Shown here: piece after piece, positions 37,301-48,800 of the stretch
Layout of the letters: each line of letters starts with the position of its first letter
Numbering within the stretch: the stretch's first letter is position 1
NCBI GenBank assembly: GCA_964199315.1
Contig: OZ116701.1
Location: 7,254,001-7,318,000, forward strand
DNA from: Orbicella franksi
Taxonomy: Eukaryota
Reading direction: 5' to 3'
Length of the DNA stretch: 64,000 bases
Made by a program: the position numbers and the translations under genes
The notes under the pieces: generated by a model
Seen by the model: the letters and a program-made list of their open reading frames with translations, nothing else
Told to the model about the DNA's origin: nothing
The model's database searches: none

Positions 37301-40300
37301 CTTTGAAAGGGCATAGAAAATCGAGGATTCAACCAAATTCAAAAATTTCTTCGCCCAAATGCTTCAAATAAAGCCTAGATTTGTTTTAGCGAAAAAAAAA
37401 TTTGGGGGTTAGGTGCACTTTAACGCACTTCATTTTGATTACAGTTAAAGAAAACTGAGACAACCAATCAGAGAAGCTACACAAAAGTCAGTTAGGCTGT
37501 GTCATCAGTATGGAAGTATTTGAGTTGAAATTATACATGTAGCCGGTAGTCTCTCGAAAATGGGAAGACTAAACATATGAAGGGATACGCAGAATCATAA
37601 AAAATACTCAGTTAGGCTTATTTTAACATGATGAAGGGCTAATGCATAAAACGTCTGCTTCACAACTGTTTCACCTAACTGACCCAGCTCAACACTTTCT
37701 TAAGAAACTTTAATGGTTTTGCACATGTAATTTCAACATATGTAATGAATACCTGTAAAGCAGAATGTCCTCCCTGGAACATGTCCACTTTATGTGGTGT
37801 TTGTTTACCACCTCCCCAGTAAAATACCTGTTATAAATTATGACAAACATAAGCAATGAAAAACCAGGGATGATGTAACTGAACAAGCAGTATTCTGCTG
37901 TATCATTGGACCACAATGCATCCAAAGGACTACTGTTACATATTCCTTTTTGGAAATAATCCTTGTTTATCATGCTAACTAGAGTTACAATATGGTGGTA
38001 GAGTACTACTACCTAATTGTTACAAATATACTCTTTGCCATGACGTATCACTAATTGATTTTATTAGTAAGAGAAGTGAATGACCTGTAAACATTGTTCA
38101 CTGCTTTAAGTCTCAATATCGAGCTACCTAAAGGTCTACATTAACAATGGAAGGCCGGAATATTCATGATGTGAATGTTACATTCTCACCTCACTGGTTT
38201 TGGATGTAATCACAGGCACAACTTCAGTCAAGCCACTGGCAAGTCTGAAAAAAAGCATTTAACAACTTACAAAAGGCTTGAAAATAATAATCATCTTTAT
38301 TTGCCCTAGGCAGTACTTATTTATAACACAAAGGCTAGTGGGGCTGAGCAAACGACTGACATAAATAATTCAAATTGAACATAACATTGTTATGAATCCC
38401 AACCGGACAGAGGGAAACCAGTTGGCTACTTACAAGTGTGCTGAGAATCATAACAAGCCTACTGTTAGTATTCAATGGGTGAAGAAAATTAAAATCACAC
38501 CTGTGAGCCATTGTAACAAAGGCCCTCTTACAATTATTGTTGCCTTTCTCGTTTGTTTTCAATTCAGATCATGCACTGCTATGAAGGAACATGTTTCTCA
38601 ATGTTTTGGTTTAGCTATGAAGCCCTCCTTTGGGTTCTGCACTAACTATGGACTGTATTTTACAAGTCGTTAAGAAATATTTACTAAGTTAGCTACATGT
38701 ATCTCCAAAAATCTAGTTTTTACATAAACACACGACCCTTGTAAAATAAGTCTGCGTTACTCTAACCTGGCCCTCCTGGTTGTAGCATTCAATTCCCAAA
38801 CTTTCTTTTCCATCTCTCTTTGAACATTGGAAAGAAAAGATACCTTAAAGAGTAAGTATTAAAAAGTGGAAAACTAGTGTCATAGAAGTACTTTTTTTCC
38901 TTCCAGCATAATTCTTTCAGTGTGGTTATATATAGTTCCATATACACTCAGTGACTTATTATAAGTACTGCAGGCTGTAATAATAAATTACACTTTTAAT
39001 GTTAATTACCAAACTCAGTATTTTTCCAAAACGTAGTGACTTACCTTCCTAAATTGCTCAACAGCGGCATGGCCAGAACTGCATCAACTGTTGGCCTGTC
39101 ATCTGGATTCTAGTATTAACATTGTTTTACCATTAACAACAATTTTATATTTGATTTTTCGGTAGTCTGATCTATATAGCACATGTTCATATATTAATCA
39201 AACATGAACCTAAGGCATTAAGTAAAATATAATGGCTCCCAATAAAATATCATATTGTTCTTACAAGGCAGTGGTCTGCTTTTGTGGAGTAAAAGATGTT
39301 GATCCTTTAAAAACTGAGACTGGTGTTCTCCAAAGTGTAATGATATGGGCCTCAATTTTTTGGTGCTTAGTTAGCTTACAGCTTCCACACGCATGTCAAC
39401 AATATATCGTTAAATTACATGTCCACACTGGAGGCTTATTTACAACTTTATACTGGGTCAGACTTTTTTGTGTTACCTGTGACAACAGTATTGTTACCAG
39501 GCTGCTCATCTCACTTGTGTACTGTGGGCTGATATCTTCAAATTCTCCCTTTACTATATCAGAAACTAGTCTAAGAGGATTCTAAAGAATAGAGAGGTGG
39601 TCTCACTGTTTTGATCTACACAAGAATTATACAAGATCAGATTAAGTGATTTGTATGTGGGAAGAATCAATCAAGTCCAACAGATAATGTAGAATAACAG
39701 TATGTTATAAAGTAGCCAAGCAAAGCAAGTTAGAAAACTAGAGGGAGGGAGTTAGTTCCTATAATAGCCTATATGGGTAGGCTCCACCCAAAAGGGGTGC
39801 CTTTTTCAGGCTTCAGGTATATAAAAGGGTAGGGATTTCACAAGTTGAGGTATACAAAAGGAGACGGAACTCTGTCATGTAATTATTTAAAAGGGCCTTA
39901 AATTGAAGTGCTTTGAACAAATGCACCTTATGGTGGATCATTTTTAAAAGCACTACATAAAAATAACAAGAGGACACTCACTTTTCTGGCAAATTATTCA
40001 TAATACATCGGCCAGTTATGAAAGTGTTTAAAACGGGTACATTTTTACTAAGACGTATACAAAAGGGATACCTTTTCAAATGGTATACAAAAGGGTAAGG
40101 GGTTGGGCTCATGGGTGGAGCCATATTAATCTGTGTTGAGTACACCCCCCCCCTGGAGGGGGGAGGGGTCAGAAACCATATGCACATGGAACTTAAGGTA
40201 CATTTTACTTACAGTGGCATCAAACACTTTTCTTAAGGTGAGCATTTCGTACAAGACACATCCCATTGCCCACATGTCGCTCTTCTGGTTGTACCTATAT

Positions 40301-43300
40301 GGAGTGGACATGTATTTCTTAAAAACCAGTGAGGGCTGTACCACAGCAGATTATCACACATGGATCAATTTGACATGAAACTGATAGTTACAGAAATGAA
40401 ATGGTAAGATGACAAATGGAACAGAATGGAAATAAATAGATGGGCGTTGCCTTTTTTCAGGGTACGTACATGTACAACCTCAAACAGTACCCAGGTTACC
40501 TAGGGCTGCTGCTCAGCCTTGCTAATTCCTGCACGTGCAAGGTTCCGACAATTTACTAAACACTGGGTTTTAAGTGGATTGTAAAAAGTACTAAGAATAA
40601 GCAAACTACTTGCAGTATGAACCTACTTTTGTCCTTGAACTATTTCTGGTGACATGTAATATGGTGTTCCAACAACCTGATGAGGAGAAATATTCAATCA
40701 GTGACTATGTGTAGACAGTATAACTTCAATCTACATTTCTCTGGTCCTTCTATCTGGAACAATTTGGATGAAGAGATAAAAAGTTTATCTGCAAATTTAT
40801 TTAAACAAACCTTGACTAAGCAATTTCTAAGTTCTTACCCTTAATGCTAGCTTACCGGTAGTATTTTTTCTTTAAGTTACTATCGCTCTTAATTAAACAA
40901 TGCTCTGTCTATAACTGGTACTGTTAATACTTAAATTGTATATTTCTTTTTATATTTATATCTATCTATATTTTTTTCTCTTTCTATCTCTTCTTTTCTT
41001 TATTTTTCCTACAACTGATTTCAAGCGTAATAATTCTTGTAACTACTCAGCTTGTTTAGTTTTCACTATTTTGAGTAGTTTTTTTTCGCTTATTTAAGTT
41101 TAATGTATTCTTTTGCTGAATGATATTCTCTGTATTTAATGCAAAATAAAATGGTTGACATTGTTGTTGTTGTTGTTGTTGTTAGATGTACAGGTAGCAC
41201 AAAGAGGGTGATCTAATATAAAATATGAGACTTAGAAAGAAAATTTCCTTCTTTTATTATTCTTCTGGTTCAATGTTGTTATGCTTGAATTACGTAGTGT
41301 ACAAGTACTAATTAAGTAGTTCTCGACTGGCACTTTGAAATCTTATGTTTAGACTTGATTAATAATCAAAAGAGTATAAGAATGACACTATTTACAATGA
41401 ACATCAGTCAGAGATTATACACTGTACATGTACTTACAGATTCTGCCATATATTCTCTTGAACCTTTCAACACAGTTGCAATACCAAAGTCTCCAAGCTT
41501 TACCAAGCCAGTTTTAGTCAAGAATATGTTTAGGGTTTTTATGTCTCTGAAAAGGGTTGACAAAAATGAGAGGCTTGCTGCAAAATGTAATTACTTTTAT
41601 TAATAAGAGTAAATGCCTATGCTGCCAATGAGGGTTGGATGCCCAAGAGCCTGGCAGGGCTGGTACCACCGCCACAAATATGGGTCAGTACAACACCCCA
41701 TAAGCTTGCCTACCAGTACCCCAACCATGAGCCCCACATGACAAACCCATCCTCAGCCTAAGCACCCATCACAATGATACTAACGTTCAGTGAAAAAATT
41801 ACAAACAGAAGGGAAATAACTTTGAGAACTGACAAACTAACTAAAAAGATACTTTACTAAAGCTAAAAGGAGAGGGAGGGAAAAAAAAAGAAAAATGAAA
41901 GTCTTGAACACTACAAATGCTAAGCAGATTAAAACAATGACAAACAACATACAGTACCTGTGAACTATACCACACTCATGAATGTGACTCATACCAGAAC
42001 ATATTTGGAAAAAATACCAGATCACAATCTGCAAACAACAAAGATCAGCCATAGCGAGATACTTTTATTAATTCATCAATCTGTAACTTGAGAGTGATTT
42101 CGTGAAAAACACCATCTTTTATTAACAGTAGCCAAATAGAGGCAGTGTTGTGAAAGTTAAGGGCAAAACGCATTGCTATCTACCCAAAGTACCTCTCTGA
42201 GCATCATAAGACAACTTGGCAAGAAGAAAAATGATTATCATAAATACCTCTTCTGCAAATAGTTCTTTTTGACTGCATATCTTGTCATTGAGTGTTCCAC
42301 CTGAAATTTAATATTAATATAACATAATTTTGTAAGGTTAGGAGGCAGGATGAGAAATATTCAGCCCTCTAAGCATTTAAGGGTGGCCCTCAACCTAAAA
42401 CTGCCCTTGATTAGCCTAATCAAATTGAAAAGTGCTTCCCAGTTTTCTGGATTGTCCAATAAAAGGTCAGAGAATTAAGTAATACGTACAGTAACACAAT
42501 ACTGTAAGGTTTGACAATGTACATGTCATATGATGGATCAAAGAAATCTTCCAGAAAAACAAGATGCCTAAAAATCAGCATACAGATAATTTACTCATCT
42601 GTAACTTACTAAACTCTATGCAGAAAGAGGCCTGACCTGAAAATTCTCTTTCAATAGACTTGACAGAAAAATGGGTGTCAGTTTATTCTGTTACCTAGCC
42701 ACTTTTGAATTGGTAATAAAACATTATTGCAAGCACTTAATCTTCAAGATTGTACTATAAACATACCATTGCAATATTCCATTTCAATCAGTAGTGATGT
42801 ACCATCAATGTAATGATTAAAGTATGTCACAATATTGGTGTGATTCAACAAGGACAGGATATCAACTTCTTTCTCAGCATCGATTCTTTCCTTCTCACTT
42901 GCACGACTTAAGTTCACTTCCTTAACAACCACAAGGACATTGTCCTGAATGAAGTAGCAAAAAAATAATTTAAAAACAACTCATAACTGTTCTTAACATC
43001 AAATTAAAATCATTTCTTTTTATTTTAAAAATATTTAGTATGGATATTTGAAATATTTGTACATATTAAAAAATATATATTTATAAAAATTAAAAATATT
43101 TAGCATAAATATTTAAATATAGTACTTAAAAGTACTGTACATGTATTTTTAAAACAAGTAATAAGTTAGCAACAAGATTGATGTGCACTATATATACTGT
43201 TTTTTTGGAGCAGGGTAGCCACATGTAAAGTTTAAATTTCGGGGTTTTTCCTCATTAATCTCCATGTTGAGCCAGATTAACTTTTTCAAAGCATTAATTT

Positions 43301-43663
43301 AGTTTTCATAAGAGAACTTAATATTCTACTGACATTGATTTCATACATTCTGCTTTTCAATGATAGAAATGATCGAATTATTATATAATTTCATGTTTCT
43401 TTCTCGGCAACCTATTCTTGGTGCCAGGAAGCTTTATTGAGGGTTGGTGCTAGTTTTAATTTAAGAAAAGCAGTATTCATGTATACGTACATCGTCATTT
43501 GTTTCCAACTGATCACGGGCTGATTCATTTTAACTTGAGGAATTTGGATTTCTAGATGCTTAGTAACAGTAATTGGACTGAGTGGAGTACAATTCAGTGA
43601 GTAATTCGGCCTTGCGAAGTGCGAGGTCGATTTGAAATTACGAGCATGATTACATGTACTCCT

Positions 43664-43701
<38 letters not shown>

Positions 43702-45470
43702 TATCTATAACAAATTTCGCAATTAAAAATGTCTTTTGAGAACCTCGTTTGAGCAAAAACGTCTGTAACGTTTTTCATAAGCTTTGAAAACTGTAGAAAA
43801 CATTGCGAAGGAAGCCATTAAAGCGCTCGTAATTGATGTGTGAATAACGTGGTATCCTGTTACGGGTATCCAATCTCAAAAAGTTGAAATTGGATACCTG
43901 TAATTGGACACTCACATGTTTGCGTGCTGATTATGCCACAAATAGGCACAGGGAGAACCAATCACGCTTGAGAATTTTGTTATAGATACGATTAATGTGA
44001 CTATATAATTTGATTCTTTAAGGTTGAAAAGATCATTCAACTGGCCAATTACCCAAATTTTCATTTTGTTAACTTATTGCAAAATCTTATATTATTTGGA
44101 CAAATGAAGGGGTGCGTGGAAAAAAGCCATAAGTGACTCTTGATCTCACATCAAATTCTCCTTTTTTGTACAAGGAAGCGATTTTTTTTTGGAAATTTGC
44201 TTGGAGAATCTTGTAATCCATCAGATACCACTTAGGGTCTTTCTCCATGCATCCCTTCAAATATTATCACATGCATGATTTTAGACCAAATTGCACTCCA
44301 AGTCAGTTCAATTATCATTATGAACTAAAGATTACATGCTTAATTTCTTCAGAGCAGTGTGATACAGATCTGCCATCTTGTTCTGCATGATCATTGCCAA
44401 ATAAGAGTGACCTGATACAGTGGCCCATAACTTTAGAATGTGACTACAGTGGAACCTCGATATTACAAAGGGTGAAAGGACTGGCAAAATATGTGCGCTA
44501 CAGCGAGGTTTTGTTGTATCAAGGTACTTTTCCTTACATTTTACTATTGCTAGGGTGAAGAGTATCATTTGTTATACCAAGGACTTTGTCATATAGAGGT
44601 TCGCTAAATCGAGGTTCCACTGTATTAATTTTATGATCTCCAAAATTGCGATAATTTTGAATTGCAGCTTTGTCATGCAACCAAACCCATTCATGGTACA
44701 GCTAAAATTATAAAAAATATTGTCCATTCAATTTTAGTTACTGTTTTCTGTGATTGATGAGCTTAAATTTGTCATGATTATGATTTATTTCATCCATCTG
44801 GCTGACAAAACATCAAAACTACAAGGGGAAATAAGACATGTTTCGGCCTTGAGAGGAAGCTTGGTATCTGTTGCACATTTTTAAATAAAAGTAAAATAAT
44901 ATTTTTGTGGCCGGACGATCGCGAACAAAAATTCTCTAAAATAGCATGCATGTTTTTCCATAAGGAATATTTTTTCTAGGAAGAAGTCAACTGAAATAAG
45001 AGGGTCAAACCACCATTTTGACAAATGTAGCTACAGCTGTGGTCATTATAAATGATTAACGACGAGAATTTTCAACCAGGGAATAACTTTTCCCGCAATC
45101 AAAAACAATTCCAAATTATCAATAATCTTAAACACCATTTCCATAATGATAATTTCAGCAGCAGTCGTAACTTGCTGAGAAATAAATTCAAGCTTATGGC
45201 AACCGAAACGTGATTTACATGTACAACAAATTGTTGGAGAGATTACTACAAAAAATCAAAATGGTAAAGCTTAGTTGACGTTTTCTAGGAGCCCACAACA
45301 TCGTGTGCACCATATTCGATTTCTCGAGCAGCTGCCGTCAGCTTCAATGGATAACTCACCTCCGTTTTTCGATATAGCACCGCTTCACCAAAAGCTCCCC
45401 TTCCTAGAGTTCGAATCCTGGTATAAGGTTCTTCCGATGCTCTGCCATCGTTAAAAGAATCGTCCGCCAT
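25369..45470 (-). CDS. NEK9: NIMA-related kinase 9 (kinase + RCC1 repeats + NEK6/7-docking region + coiled coil), 30 exons, ~938 aa
   Basis: Exons (minus): 45470-45360, 42944-42767, 42300-42248, 42028-41958, 41546-41438, 40676-40627, 40294-40213, 39581-39477, 39109-39045, 38817-38767, 38244-38190, 37827-37753, 35451-35389, 34843-34699, 34130-33969, 32969-32931, 32444-32398, 31558-31400, 30982-30924, 30369-30317, 30062-29901, 29712-29536, 29343-29275, 28304-28105, 27716-27576, 26988-26918, 26329-26283, 26142-26087, 25948-25895, 25476-25375 (or read-through to TGA at 25369). All GT-AG and in phase. Motifs [60 protein letters not shown] and [10 protein letters not shown] match vertebrate NEK9. 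The last exon is uncertain. Confidence 0.95.
28536..29015. mobile_element. PIF/Harbinger-type MITE, ~480 bp
   Basis: TIRs ggacctcttcatatgagcccggtaaccgggctggctcgg / ccgagccagcccggttgaccgggctcatatgaagaggccc; flanks CAA and TAA (TWA-like). Confidence 0.8.
29022..29180. mobile_element. Fragment of the gtccacactacgccgg (Harbinger-like) family
   Basis: gtccacactacgccggggg-aatttgaaaacgca...cgttttcaaaatgttttctgtccacact; homologous to 33350 and 63521. Confidence 0.65.
30517..30739. mobile_element. MITE with ~40-bp TIRs
   Basis: agcccaggtcaaacgtcaaacttaacatgagacgaactaaa / tttagttcgtctcgtgcgaagttccacgtttgacctgggcc; TTA-type flank. Confidence 0.8.
31054..31286. mobile_element. TTAA-flanked MITE (Kolobok-type AG...CT ends)
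   Basis: TTAA|AGGAGCTCAGTCCCGGT ... ACCGTGACTGAACCCT|TTAA. Confidence 0.75.
32515..32795 (+). repeat. Hairpin-headed interspersed repeat, copy 1
   Basis: 5' ~150 bp is an imperfect palindrome (atatatcaaacac...tgtttgaccacatttcc / ggaaatgtggtcaaaca...gtgtttgatatat) followed by a unique tail; second copy at 62328. Confidence 0.85.
33350..33605. mobile_element. Harbinger-like non-autonomous element fragment
   Basis: gtccatactacgccagagaaatctgaaaacgcag...gaatttgaaaacgccgactttgcgtttt; matches 63521. Confidence 0.7.
33731..33881. mobile_element. Short MITE
   Basis: Inverted ends tagagcgattttcagttgag / atcaattgtaaaccgctcta. Confidence 0.7.
35647..37419. mobile_element. Internally deleted Kolobok-like DNA transposon (1773 bp) in NEK9 intron 12
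   Basis: TTAA target duplication (35643-35646, 37420-37423), TIR AGTGCACCTAACCCCAAAAATTTTTTTTCGCTA, ~200-bp imperfect subterminal inverted similarity, a decayed THAP-like reading at 35893-36135 (+) and a convergent second ORF remnant at ~37110-36860 (-). Confidence 0.8.
39742..40157. mobile_element. Poly-G/poly-C-ended non-autonomous element, opposite orientation to 24305
   Basis: Ends ...gagtacaccccccccctgg; internal repeats of gtatacaaaaggg mirror the cccttacc/accctattt repeats of the 24305 copy. Confidence 0.6.
40850..41182 (+). mobile_element. Possible LINE 3' UTR remnant with (TTG)n tail
   Basis: T-rich tract ending in AATAAA (aaaataaaatgg) directly followed by (TTG)7. Confidence 0.4.
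43569..43996. repeat. Composite element of two adjacent inverted-repeat modules
   Basis: Module 1 gtaattggact...gtacaattca / tgaattgtac...ggtccaattac (43569-43691); module 2 attaatcgtatctataacaaa / ttgttatagatacgattaat (43694-43996). Confidence 0.75.
44447..44622. mobile_element. Tc1/mariner (pogo/Tigger-like) MITE, 176 bp
   Basis: TA|CAGTGGAACCTCGAT ... ATCGAGGTTCCACTG|TA, perfect 15-bp TIR with TA duplication. Confidence 0.9.
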
Positions 45471-45830
45471 TATGTAAGCGGAAGGAACTCATTAATCAAG
45501 TTCTTGGCACAAAATTTAATTCCGAACGGGAGGGGACGCATTAGGAGTCATCTTCCTCGCGAAATTCCCGCGCGCACTCTCGTGCTCAAAGATATCCACG
45601 AAACGGTCAGTTTGAGAACTGATCGATCATTTTAAAAAGTGTTTGTTATACGAATGCTATCAAACAACAAAGGAATAATTCTTTTGCGTACTTGTACTAC
45701 TGCAAGCCCGCAGGCCAAAGCCAATTGGGTGTAAACATGAGCATGTGGTGTATACGGTAAGCGGTAGTTGCTCCAAAGGACACTACATTATCACGACATG
45801 ACGCACTGATTTCCGTGTTTTGAATCAAAT
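45471..45830. promoter_or_regulatory. Bidirectional promoter shared by NEK9 and XPO5
   Basis: Divergent start codons 360 bp apart (45470 minus, 45831 plus); CpG-rich; both starts read ATGGCGG (YY1-like core); E2F-like TTCCCGCGC at about 45565. Confidence 0.75.
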
Positions 45831-48800
45831 ATGGCGGCCGAACAAGAAGCCGCGTTGCGAATGACTCAAGCTGTTGAAACGGCGTTAAATCCGTCAACAG
45901 CGCAGAAACAGAGGATAGAAGCTTATGAGGTATAGATTTTTCAAAGGTATTTTCATATTGAGAACGAGTAAATACTAATCTAAAAGAAAAAGAAAGCAGT
46001 ATTTCCCCACCTCTTTAATTTAATAATAAGTGTCGCTTGCGCATAACTAGAGCCCCATAAGGTGATATAATCAGGTGGTTTCAGTTTGTAGTCTCGGACA
46101 TTGGTTTGCACATCAGATTTTAATCCTGTATAGTTTATCAGCTCTGTCAGTAGTGACAATTAGCGAGATTTCCCTCGAGAATCGTTGGCAAAAACTGGTC
46201 CATTTCGTTTTCTAACTTTCGTCAATGTTTTTTGTACAAACAAAAGCAGGTCATTAGAAATCTTTTGTTAATGATCACCAATATGGCAACGGCAGTGTCA
46301 CATGAAAACCAAGAAATAATTTATTACAAAAAATGCTAAGCTTGATGCTTGTTCTTTTGTGTGTTATGCAGTTCATCGAGCAGTTCAAAGCCAGCTCTCC
46401 ATTATGTGTTGCTGTGGGGCTATTGATGCACGATCGTCAAAACTCTGCTGTGGTACGCCATACCGGACTTCAGCTCTTGGAGCACGCTGTCAAGTAATGT
46501 GGATTCTGAGGATTGTTTTCTTTCTAGATAATTATTTAACATGCTAAAACCAAGCTCGGCATCTAAATTCTCATCATCATCATCATCTTTATTATGTTGG
46601 TATTTAAGCTGATGATTTAGGCTTCACATCAACTGTTAAACCAACAGAAAAGCAAACATATAAAAGACCCAACACAAAATGAAATCCAAGCCTATCTAAT
46701 GTAAGAATCTTATTATTTCCAGACATACTCTTTAATTATCTTGGAAAGAATTCAGTTTAAGATCTACATGTCTCTTTAATAATTGAGCTCAAGGACTCTA
46801 CTGTAAAATATTTCCTGTAAATTTATGAGCCATACTGTGCAAAAATTATCAAAACGAAATGAAGATCCATGTTTCACTGACAGTAATAGGTCATGACCGA
46901 GAAAATGAGATTAAGAAGATGTTTATTATGTATGTACATGCAATAGATGGATTCCGCTGATGTGTTTGCATCCTGGTTGCCAGGTGATGATTCATTTGGG
47001 AGGTAAAATTGTTCTGTTTGTTAATACAAAAACATGCAATCAGTTGCATGTGGCAAGTTGCACAATTTTGTAACCCCTAAATGAATCATCACATGGTCTG
47101 AATTGGGTGGCAACAAGGATACAAACACCTTAGCCAAATCCATCTGTTGAACACTATGGAGAAAGAAAATTTGTTTACAGGAAGAGCATGTTCATGTAAG
47201 CTTGACCAATCCCAGCATGTGTGCCATCTGAGAGATATTAATAACTACAAACCCCACTAGTCTATTTGAGAGACAATAATTGGCTTGCCTTTTATACCTG
47301 AAAGGATTTTTCATATAGAATGCATAAAGCAAGTACAATGTAGACACTACAGTGTGTCATCAGTTTTTGAGGTGCCAGTAGGCGCATAAGGCCGTATGCA
47401 CTGTATGTTCCGTAGTTTAATTCAAATATTTATAAATTCACCAAAAGTTATTGAAGTGTTGATAAGATTTTTGAGACTTGAATGTTTTTATAACATAATA
47501 TCTCTGTTATATAATAACAGGTTCAACTGGAACTCAATGAGCAGTGATGATCAAGCAAGATTGAAGGGAATCTCTCTTCACCTGCTTGCACAGGTACAGA
47601 CTTCGAGAAATTAATTAAAGCCATTAGATTGTACCTTCATCATGATTTTTCATGTATACTTAAGGATGACTAGATGTGCTCGTTAGTTCTCCTCTCCTTT
47701 TTCGTTGTGTAGGGACACAACTAACAATATGCAAAGTGCTGGAATTCGTAGAAACATTTTTTACATGTAACTGGTTTGGAAATCAAATTTGAACCATAGT
47801 TGATCAATGTCAATGACAATGTCAATTGCTTTGTGCAGGGAAGTGGCTCTTTGCCAGATGAACCTCTACACATCAAAGAAGCATTATCACGACTGATTGT
47901 TGAGATAACCAAGAGGGAATGGCCACAGAAATGGGGATCACTTCTTCCAGACCTTAATAGTATCTGTGCATTAGGGGTAAGCTGAGTTTTACTTACAAAC
48001 TTAAGGCCTTGTGGTCATGTGGTTAACTTTTCTCATGAATCCTAAATTGTACTTGTTTCGCTGACCTTGTGACCTAAAGAAATGAGGACTCCAGGAACAA
48101 GAATGGAGTTCTGATGGTCAGCACTCTATGCTGTCAAGTTGTATACGTAGACCTGTGTTTAATACTCACTCTCGTTAGCATTTAATTTTAGTTACAGTTG
48201 TAATGACGGCTTTGTACGTTTTATATCTATTCTTTGTCAGGATGTTCAAACTGAAGTGGTTCTAATGATTCTACTTCGACTTGCGGAAGATGTGATCTCA
48301 ATGGACAGCAACCTGCAACCGACCAGAAAGAAACAGATCACACAGGAGTTACACACACATATGGACGGATTGTTTACCTTCTTTATCGAGACACTTCAGA
48401 AGAATACTGCAAAGTTTAGAACTCTAAAGGTGGTCCGACTGCATAATTGCTTCATTTATTAAACTTTGGTGATATTTTAGCAATACATTCAGTTAAACTC
48501 AAATATCCATAGCGATATTCTTCTATGCATTACTCCTGAACTGTACAACATGATTGTATGACTTTCTGACTAACTGTATGACTGACCACTTGACGATCTG
48601 ACAAGTGAAATGGATCCCTTGTTTTGATGTGTGATTTTTTTTTAGAACAACCTTGTCGATATTTTAACTGCCAATTATTTATTCCCAACTCTATTTGATC
48701 ACTGTTTGAATTTTTGTGATGCAATGTTTATCCACAGAGTGAGATACAAAGCGGAGATGTTAGCTGTCAAGCTCAGGTTAGTAATATGTTTTCTTAATTT

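Noticed and set aside
37629-37658. tgatgaagggctaatgcataaaacgtc resembles the minimal hammerhead ribozyme of Penelope-like repeats (CTGACGA...GAAA CGTCAG)
   Set aside because: The catalytic core is mutated (no CUGA, GAAA changed to TAAA); at most a dead remnant.
46984-47100. Box C (GTGATGA) and box D (CTGA) 117 nt apart in an XPO5 intron
   Set aside because: Box C is sequestered in a long inverted repeat (gtgatgattcattt/aaatgaatcatcac), more like a fold-back repeat than a C/D snoRNA.
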